Source of the DNA: Spirochaetia bacterium
GTDB lineage: Bacteria > Spirochaetota > Spirochaetia > SZUA-6 > Bin103
DNA: 64,000 bases
Reading direction: 5' to 3'
NCBI GenBank assembly: GCA_965203905.1
Contig: CBDBDQ010000005.1
Coordinates: 4,864,001-4,928,000, forward strand
The translations under genes and the position numbers were made by a program. Shown here in pieces: positions 39,510 through 46,839 of this stretch; the first letter of the stretch is position 1, and every line of letters starts with the position of its first letter. Below the pieces are notes generated by a model that made no database searches, was not told where the DNA came from, and saw only the letters and a program-made list of their open reading frames with translations.

Positions 39510-42353
39510 ATGGCTGAGCGAGACGACCGCTCGCAGGAGAAGCTCTTCCGTACCGAAACAGTCCCCGGCAAGGCCGGCAGCGGGAGACTGTTCGACGAAC
39601 GTCCGGTCACGCCGGAGCCGGTGGAGTGCCTCGGCATGAGGTTCGAGTCGGAAGATGCACGGCGCACGTACTTCCTTGACCGCCTGAAGGAGCAACTCCC
39701 CGATCTGCGGAAGCGCTCCGACTTCCCGGTCGGAGAGGACCACGACATCTTGCGCCTGTCCGACCCACCCTGGTACACGGCCTGCCCCAACCCGTTCCTG
39801 GCCGAGTTCGTGGGATACCGTGGCCGTCCGTACGACCCGGACCAGCCGTACCACCGCGAACCGTTCGCCGTGGACGTGAGCGAGGGCAAGACCGACCCGC
39901 TGTACCGGGCGCACGGCTACCACACCAAGGTGCCCCACCGGGCGATCGTGCCCTCCATCCTGCACTACACCAAGCCGGGCGACATCGTCCTGGACGGCTT
40001 CTGCGGCGCCGGTATGACCGGGGTGGCGGCGCAGTGGTGCGAGACTCCGCCGAGCCAGTACCGCGCCGAGATCAAGGCGCGATGGCAGGAGCAGGGCCGT
40101 CCGGCGCCCGAGTGGGGGCCACGCCACACGATCCTGGGCGATCTGTCCCCCGCCGCCACCTTCATCGCCGCCAACTACACGATCCCGTTCGACGTCGATG
40201 TTTTCACGTGCGCGGCCCGGCGCCTGCTCGACGACGTGGAAGCGGAGATCGGCTGGATGTACGAGACGTTCCACGCCGCAGGCGAGACCGGGAAGATCAA
40301 CTACACCGTGTGGAGCGAAGTGTTCTCCTGTCCGGAGTGCGCGGGCGAGGTTGTATTCCTCCGGGAGGCGCTCGACCAGGAGACCATGCGCACACGCGAT
40401 CAGTTCCCGTGCCCGCACTGCTCGGCGGTATTGTCGAAGGACAATCTGCAGCGATCCTTTCGTTCCCGTTCCGACCCGGCTTCAGGCGAACCGTGGCAAC
40501 GCATCCGGTTGCAACCGGTGCTGATCGACGCTCACGCGGCGGAAGTGGGTCGATACGGAACCACCCCGGATCGCGGTGACTTGGCGAAACTCGAGCGAAT
40601 CGATAATCTCCCGCTGGTGCCCGAGGTTCCGGCGAACGCGTTCCCTATTGACGCGATGTATCACGGTTCGCGGCTTGCGCCGAAGGGATTTACCCACCTG
40701 CACCACCTGTTCCTGCCCCGCGCCGCGCACGCGCTGGCCGCGCTGTGGCGTCGGGCGCACCGATACGACGAGCCCCGGCTGCGCAACATGCTGCTGTTCT
40801 TCGTCGAGCAGGCGATCTGGGGAATGTCGCTGCTCAACCGGTACCAACCGCTCCAGCACGGTCGGCCTGGAGGGTCACAGGTGAATCGCCAGCTATCGGG
40901 TGTCTACTACGTCGGGTCGCAGATCGCCGAGGTCTCACCGCGGTACATCCTCAACGGCAAGTTGCAGCGCTTGAGCAAGGCGTTCAAGAAAACGCACCGG
41001 CGCCGCACCGTTGTGGTCTCCACCGGTAATTGCGGTGCCCTCGACCTGCCGGACAACGCCGTCGACTACGTGTTCACCGATCCGCCCTTCGGCGAGAACA
41101 TCTACTACGCCGACCTCAACTACCTGGTCGAATCGTGGCACCGCGTCCGCACCGCCAGCGGGCCGGAGGCGATCATCGACCGCGCCAAGGGCAAGGACCT
41201 CACCGACTATCTGCACGCGATGCAGCGCTGCTTCGCGGAATACCGCCGGGTTCTCAAGCCGGGCCGCTGGATGACTGTGGTGTTCCATAACTCCCGCAAC
41301 GCCGTCTGGAACGCCATCCAGGAGGCGATGCTCGCCGCCGGCTTTGTGGTCGCGGACGTGCGAACCCTCGACAAGCGGCAGGGCTCCTATCGTCAGGTGA
41401 CCAGCACCGCAGTCAAGCAGGACTTGGTCATCTCCGCCTACAAGCCAAACTTCGGGCTCGAAGCACGGTTCGAGCTGGCAGCCGGTACCGAGGATGGCGT
41501 CTGGGACTTCGTCCGCACCCACCTGCGGCATCTCCCGGTGTTCGTGGCGCGGGACGACCGTGCGGAGGTGATCGCCGAGCGCCAGAACTCCCTGCTGTTC
41601 GATCGCATGGTCGCCTTTCACGTCCAGCGCGGCGTTCTGGTGCCGCTCGCCGCCGCCGAGTTCCACGCCGGACTGGCAACGCGCTTCCCCGAGCGCGACG
41701 GTATGTTCTTCCTGCCGGAGCAGGTCGCCGAGTACGACCGCAGGCGGCTCAAGGCGAAGGCGCTCGACCAACTGACCCTGTTCGTCGACGACGAGGCGAG
41801 CGCGATCCAATGGCTGCGGCAGGCACTCACCAGAAAGCCGCAGACCTTCCAGGACGTGCACCCTCACTTCATCCGGGAGTTGCGCGCCTGGCAGAAGCAC
41901 GAGCGAATGCCCGAGCTGTCGGCGCTGCTGGCGCAGAACTTCCTACGTTACGACGGCAAGGGTGACGTCCCGGGCCAGATCCACGGCTACCTGTCGACCA
42001 ATTTCAAGGAGTTACGCAACCTTGAAAAGGACGACGCCGCCCTCCGCGCCAAGGCCAGGGACCGCTGGTACGTGCCCGACCCACGCAAGGCCGGCCAACG
42101 GGAGAAGCTGCGTGAACGCGCCCTGCTGCGGGAATTCGACGACTACCGCGACTCCGCCAAGCGGCGCCTGCGCATGTTCCGCCTGGAAGCGGTGCGCGCG
42201 GGCTTCCGCCGTGCCTGGCAGCGTCAGGACTACGCCACCATCATCGCCGTCGCGCAGAAAATCCCGGACGCGGTGCTCCAGGAAGACCCGAAACTGCTCA
42301 TGTGGTACGACCAAGCCCTCACCCGCAGCCCCGAATCACGGACGACGCCGTGA
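39510..42353 (+). CDS. pglXI: BREX-3 DNA methyltransferase PglXI
   Basis: GGAGG RBS; HGYHTKVPH, VLDGFCGAGMTG (SAM-binding), FTDPPF (amino-MTase catalytic motif), RVLKPGRW, CPEC/CPHC insert, WYVPDP, LQEDPKLLMWYD. Confidence 0.88.
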   Translation: MAERDDRSQEKLFRTETVPGKAGSGRLFDERPVTPEPVECLGMRFESEDARRTYFLDRLKEQLPDLRKRSDFPVGEDHDILRLSDPPWYTACPNPFLAEFVGYRGRPYDPDQPYHREPFAVDVSEGKTDPLYRAHGYHTKVPHRAIVPSILHYTKPGDIVLDGFCGAGMTGVAAQWCETPPSQYRAEIKARWQEQGRPAPEWGPRHTILGDLSPAATFIAANYTIPFDVDVFTCAARRLLDDVEAEIGWMYETFHAAGETGKINYTVWSEVFSCPECAGEVVFLREALDQETMRTRDQFPCPHCSAVLSKDNLQRSFRSRSDPASGEPWQRIRLQPVLIDAHAAEVGRYGTTPDRGDLAKLERIDNLPLVPEVPANAFPIDAMYHGSRLAPKGFTHLHHLFLPRAAHALAALWRRAHRYDEPRLRNMLLFFVEQAIWGMSLLNRYQPLQHGRPGGSQVNRQLSGVYYVGSQIAEVSPRYILNGKLQRLSKAFKKTHRRRTVVVSTGNCGALDLPDNAVDYVFTDPPFGENIYYADLNYLVESWHRVRTASGPEAIIDRAKGKDLTDYLHAMQRCFAEYRRVLKPGRWMTVVFHNSRNAVWNAIQEAMLAAGFVVADVRTLDKRQGSYRQVTSTAVKQDLVISAYKPNFGLEARFELAAGTEDGVWDFVRTHLRHLPVFVARDDRAEVIAERQNSLLFDRMVAFHVQRGVLVPLAAAEFHAGLATRFPERDGMFFLPEQVAEYDRRRLKAKALDQLTLFVDDEASAIQWLRQALTRKPQTFQDVHPHFIRELRAWQKHERMPELSALLAQNFLRYDGKGDVPGQIHGYLSTNFKELRNLEKDDAALRAKARDRWYVPDPRKAGQREKLRERALLREFDDYRDSAKRRLRMFRLEAVRAGFRRAWQRQDYATIIAVAQKIPDAVLQEDPKLLMWYDQALTRSPESRTTP

Positions 42354-45007
42354 AATCCCTGATCTCAGCGCCCCCCTCCGGGCTGGACGTGCTCTGGCAT
42401 CCGTTGGTACTCAAGGGGGCGTGGATGCGCGTTCAGGACTGGTACCGCAGCGGCAATCTGGGTCCCGAGCCCGAGTTGTCGCGTTGGCGTCTCCACCCCG
42501 AAGCGGAACTGCGCAAGCTGGGCTCTGCCTTGCGCGAAGGTACGTGGAGTCCGAGCCGCTGGCCGCAGGTCCCATACCCAAAGAAGGGGGCGTGTCTGCG
42601 CCACTACGTGCTGCCCACCGTCGAAGATCAGGTCGCGTTCATGGCGTATCTGGTACTCCTCGGCCCGCTTCTGGACAGCCGTGTCTCCAACTTCGTGTTC
42701 GGCAACCGCTGGAACCGGCGGATCGCGTGGGATCGGCGAAAGTCTCGGCCTCAATGGGTACAGCGCCCCTATCAACTGCTGTCCGGTACTGCCTACCTGC
42801 CGTACGCGCGGTCCCACGGTCTGTTCCGGCGGGTCGCCCACTGGACGGTAGCCCGCATGACCGGCGCGGAGATCGAAGAGGCAGACTATGGCGGCTACGT
42901 CCAGCATCCGGACGACTACGCCGCCTCCGAGGCCCTCCCGGAGTGGACGCGCAAGGAGTGGTGGCCGGCGCCGAACAGCGAGCAGACTCGCGTCCATTGG
43001 GCGACCCTCGACATCGAGCTCGCCTATCCTTCGATCCGTCTCAGCCGGTTGCGTACCGCCATCTCCGCGATGCTGAGTAATCCTCCGTCGGTCCCGGAAC
43101 TGACGGGATTGTACGGCGGCTATCCGCGGCAGATCACGGAAGCTGTTGCCGATCCACAAGAGAGCCAGAGCCTCGCCAAGCGTCTGATGGATGCCCTTGA
43201 GAGCGTTCGAGTCGACGCCGCGCCGATTCCCAAAGACGCTTGGCGTCCACCACACGCGATCGGAGACCTGCCTCCGGAAGAGAAGGACCCGGGCATTCCT
43301 ACCGGCCTTGCGGTCTCGGGCATCTTGCTGAACGTGGCGCTACACGGAGCGGACCGATCGCTGCGCCGATACCTGGACGATCATCGAGACGGCGCCATCG
43401 TCAGGTTCGCCGACGAGTTCATCATTCTCGCACGGTCTCCCCCGGCGCTTTTCGATCTCATGGAAGCCGTCTGGAAAGGGCTGACCGAGGACGAGAACGC
43501 GCGCTTGGCATGCCCCGAGACCGAGTCCAATCTCCACTTGAACTGGAGCAAGATCGAACCATGCTCAGTTCGGGACATCGTTCGTTGCTTCCTCATCGAC
43601 CAAGGTTGGAAGAAATGCGAACAGAGTGAGCGAGGCCACCACCTGAATCCCCCTCCGGTGTCGGAAGAAACGGCGGCCTTCCGTGAGTGGTGGAACGCTC
43701 GTGATTGCCGCGACAACGCCACGTTCATCCGCATGGCGGATGCTCTCACACGTTCCGCGGTCGGCCCGGGTGAAGTAGGGCCGTTCGTGACGACGTTGGT
43801 AGCCCGCATGAGCGCGATCGGCCGAGACACACTGGCCGAGCGGTTCGGCCAAGGGGCACGGGAACGTCTGATCCGGCTTCACGATCTGGCCCGATTCGAC
43901 ATCGACGACCTGCAGGTTCGGGCGGACACCCGCCGCACGTTCGCAGCCAACCGTCTCGTGCGCGCTTGGCTTCCTGCGGAAAGCTCGAGACGGGATCTTG
44001 CCGACATCCGGGACTCGGTGGCTCACGTCCTGAGCAACACTCCATGGAAGTTCTCGCTCTGGCACGCCGTGGTTCGCGCCGCTGCTCGGCGTCCGCAGCG
44101 ACCGACGTTGGAAGATGACCACGTAGCGAACGACTGGCTGACGAGTCAACTTGGCTTGGTCGCCAGCGCACCCGACAAGCGACATGTCGAGGCGTGGATG
44201 AACACGTGGCCGGAGGATGAAGATGACGACAACGAAGATCACGGTCGGGGTTCGGCCTGGCGTCACCTCTACCTCTCCTTCCACCGCGCCGCGTTCTGGC
44301 ATGCACTGGCGGCGGCGCTGAGAACGTTGTGGCAGCATGATGACGAAGCGACGCACCCGGTTGCTGGGTACGCCGGTCCGTCCCCTGATCGCTGGACGAT
44401 GCGCGCCGTGCCGGACGGCTCACATGGTCATGTCCGCACACGACTCGGCGCGCTCGATCGCTGGGTCGACGTGCTGTACCCTCCTGATCCAACACCCGAC
44501 CTGAGCGCGTGGGGCTGGGAACTGGACCAGCTTGCTGCGGCGGTTCTGGCGTCCGCTTCACGCCACGATCTCGCCGTAGCGTGGCAGCACGCCGAGCCTC
44601 CCGGTGACGAACTGAAGGTGCCCGCCGGGCCGCTGTGGGACGGCATCCCGCGCACCATGCTGCTCCTGGAGCGCCTCGGACGCGTGAGTCGGCATTCAGG
44701 CGAACACGACCTGACCCTGCCCACTCTCGCGCATTTGTGGCTAGGCGGCCAGGATCGCCGACTGGGCGAGATGCTCTTTCCCCGTGATCGCCCGTCGCGC
44801 ATCGCCGAGGCACGCGACGATCCCGGGAGCGCCGCTGCGGCGGCCATCTCACTCGGGTGCTCGGAGAGCATCAGCGCAGCCTTGGCGTCGACGCTGGTGC
44901 AGGAACCGGAGCACGCGGCAGGAGCACTCGGCGACGATGGCCTTGCTCTTTGGGAGCACCACCGGGCACGCCGCATCCTCCTCGGACAGCCGGCGGGGTT
45001 GCGATGA
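42350..45007 (+). CDS. Large UG/Abi-type (defence-associated) reverse transcriptase-like protein, 885 aa
   Basis: GTG overlaps the pglXI TGA; RT motifs YPKKG..LRHYVLPTVEDQV, FVFGNR, LDIELAYPSI, GIPTGLAVSGILLNVAL, VRFADEFIIL, LNWSK; long Ala/Leu/Trp-rich helical C-terminus (PWKFSLW). Confidence 0.85.
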   Translation: MKSLISAPPSGLDVLWHPLVLKGAWMRVQDWYRSGNLGPEPELSRWRLHPEAELRKLGSALREGTWSPSRWPQVPYPKKGACLRHYVLPTVEDQVAFMAYLVLLGPLLDSRVSNFVFGNRWNRRIAWDRRKSRPQWVQRPYQLLSGTAYLPYARSHGLFRRVAHWTVARMTGAEIEEADYGGYVQHPDDYAASEALPEWTRKEWWPAPNSEQTRVHWATLDIELAYPSIRLSRLRTAISAMLSNPPSVPELTGLYGGYPRQITEAVADPQESQSLAKRLMDALESVRVDAAPIPKDAWRPPHAIGDLPPEEKDPGIPTGLAVSGILLNVALHGADRSLRRYLDDHRDGAIVRFADEFIILARSPPALFDLMEAVWKGLTEDENARLACPETESNLHLNWSKIEPCSVRDIVRCFLIDQGWKKCEQSERGHHLNPPPVSEETAAFREWWNARDCRDNATFIRMADALTRSAVGPGEVGPFVTTLVARMSAIGRDTLAERFGQGARERLIRLHDLARFDIDDLQVRADTRRTFAANRLVRAWLPAESSRRDLADIRDSVAHVLSNTPWKFSLWHAVVRAAARRPQRPTLEDDHVANDWLTSQLGLVASAPDKRHVEAWMNTWPEDEDDDNEDHGRGSAWRHLYLSFHRAAFWHALAAALRTLWQHDDEATHPVAGYAGPSPDRWTMRAVPDGSHGHVRTRLGALDRWVDVLYPPDPTPDLSAWGWELDQLAAAVLASASRHDLAVAWQHAEPPGDELKVPAGPLWDGIPRTMLLLERLGRVSRHSGEHDLTLPTLAHLWLGGQDRRLGEMLFPRDRPSRIAEARDDPGSAAAAAISLGCSESISAALASTLVQEPEHAAGALGDDGLALWEHHRARRILLGQPAGLR

Positions 45008-46746
45008 GGGAAGTCTCGCTGCACCGGCTGCTGTGGGGCGTCCTTGCGGAGACGGTTCCGCCAGCCCAATGGCCCCTCCGCCCCTGGGAAATTCCGGCGG
45101 TGGGACTTCCTGCTCGCGTGGCCGCGCTTCTGTTCCGCTCCGCGCGCGGTGACAGAGTCCCGAGTGGCTGGGATGCGAACGCTGGACCGCTTACCTGGAC
45201 GTTCGGCGAGGGCGTAGATCTGCTTGCGACGGGAAGGCGCCATCAGCTCGGCCTTGTGATGGCAGAGCCGACCGCGGTCACCTCGGCTCAGCTGAAGGTG
45301 CACAGGTCGCCGGGGTGGGAAGTAGTTCCTCACGGGGCGTATTACTGGCCTTTTCTGGCGGCCACGGAGGTTGCAGCCGAGAGCTATGCTTTCTACTGCG
45401 ACGTGCTGCTGCTGCTCACCGCGCTCGACGGTGGAGAGTCGATCCTCGATGCCCTGGTAGAGCATGGCGTCGGCGCCGTGCCGTTCGAAGACCGGTGGAG
45501 TTGGCGCTCTCGTATCCATCTTCCCAAGACGGCGTGGCGTCTGATCGAGCGCACGCTGTGCTGGGCCGAACACCCGGCGGAGGACGTCCGAGAAATCGCG
45601 ACATCGCTCGTCTTGGCGTTGGAGCCCTGGACTCCCGGGGAACTCAGTTGGGACGACTTCGTTCGCGAACGCGTCGACATTCTACTCGACGCGAAAGACG
45701 ACGACGAAAGCGCGCGCACGGTGCGCCTCCCAGGTTCACCGGACACCGAACTTCCGCAGGAACTGATGCTTCGAGACCGGCACCTTCGCCAAAAATTCAC
45801 GGTCCGCATCGGCCAAGTCCACGCGTGGACGCAGTCCCAGCGCGTCGTAGCGGGTTTTCCGGCATTGGATCGGGGCTCCGTAACCCGAATCATGGAGCAG
45901 GTAGCGTACGCGTTTCAGTCGCCCAGCCACAGCGGACCGGATCAAGAGCCTGAGCTGGTGCTGCTCCCGGAGGTGTCGATTCCGCAGCCCGAGGTGAGGA
46001 CACTGCGTAACCTGGTCGCCACCACGGGACGCGCCGCGCTGGCCGGCCTGTACTGGCGCGAGCTCAGCCCGGTCTATCGAGCGTGTTACGGGACGACGCC
46101 GGTCAGAAAGTGGTTCGTCAACGAAGCGGAACTTGTGGTCCCGTTCGGACACGATGACCGCGGGCCATCCTCTGTCCGCTGGTACCGCGTACGGAAGCCG
46201 TTGCCAGCGCACAATGAGGTCGGATTGGCTCAAGCCCTGACCGCTCAGTCAGGAATTACGACGTGGAGCGTTCTGCGTGGCTATCGCTGGTACCGGTTCC
46301 TGCATCGTCGCTGGGGCGACTTCACGGTCTCCATCTGCGCCGATTTGATCGACACAACTCCGTGGCGGTCGTTGCGTGGCGAGTTGCTACATCTGTTCAT
46401 GGTCGCCTTCAACAAGGACGTCGATCTCTATGACTCCCTCACTTGGGTCAGAGCCTACGAAACTTACGTGAACCTCGTCGCCGTGAATCACGGCCACCAC
46501 GGGGGATCCTTCCTCTGGACGCCGCGCCGAAGCCATGGCAACGAGCTTGCTCGCCTGCGCGGAGAGCGGCTCTTCGTCGTCGCCGATATCACCATCCCGG
46601 TGAAAGACCTGCTCGACGCACAGCGAGACGGCGTCCGGGACGCCATCTCGACGGCAGCATGCGAGTGGGCCGGGACTCGGCACCAACGATCCGAGTTCAA
46701 ATCACCGCCTCCGGGTTTCCGGCGACGAGCCCTGCTGAATGTGTAA
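45004..46746 (+). CDS. Protein with C-terminal nitrilase (carbon-nitrogen hydrolase) domain, 580 aa
   Basis: ATGA overlap with the RT stop; E-K-C triad: LVLLPEVSIP (45970), RKPLPAHNE (46195), VSICADL (46336); VAFNKD, VAVNHG.HGGS. Confidence 0.82.
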   Translation: MREVSLHRLLWGVLAETVPPAQWPLRPWEIPAVGLPARVAALLFRSARGDRVPSGWDANAGPLTWTFGEGVDLLATGRRHQLGLVMAEPTAVTSAQLKVHRSPGWEVVPHGAYYWPFLAATEVAAESYAFYCDVLLLLTALDGGESILDALVEHGVGAVPFEDRWSWRSRIHLPKTAWRLIERTLCWAEHPAEDVREIATSLVLALEPWTPGELSWDDFVRERVDILLDAKDDDESARTVRLPGSPDTELPQELMLRDRHLRQKFTVRIGQVHAWTQSQRVVAGFPALDRGSVTRIMEQVAYAFQSPSHSGPDQEPELVLLPEVSIPQPEVRTLRNLVATTGRAALAGLYWRELSPVYRACYGTTPVRKWFVNEAELVVPFGHDDRGPSSVRWYRVRKPLPAHNEVGLAQALTAQSGITTWSVLRGYRWYRFLHRRWGDFTVSICADLIDTTPWRSLRGELLHLFMVAFNKDVDLYDSLTWVRAYETYVNLVAVNHGHHGGSFLWTPRRSHGNELARLRGERLFVVADITIPVKDLLDAQRDGVRDAISTAACEWAGTRHQRSEFKSPPPGFRRRALLNV

Positions 46747-46839
46747 AGAGGTGCTGTCCCCCTCTTGATCGAGCGAAGAGACGCAGTTCCGAGCGAGGCA
46801 GGGACCCTGTCGGTGAGATTCACACCTGGAGCGCTGCGA

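Noticed and set aside
42350-45007. RT as a group II intron, retron, DGR or CRISPR-associated RT
   Set aside because: No flanking intron RNA or maturase signature, no space for msr-msd and no VTG motif, no TR/VR pair and no cas1; the linked nitrilase points to the UG/Abi type.
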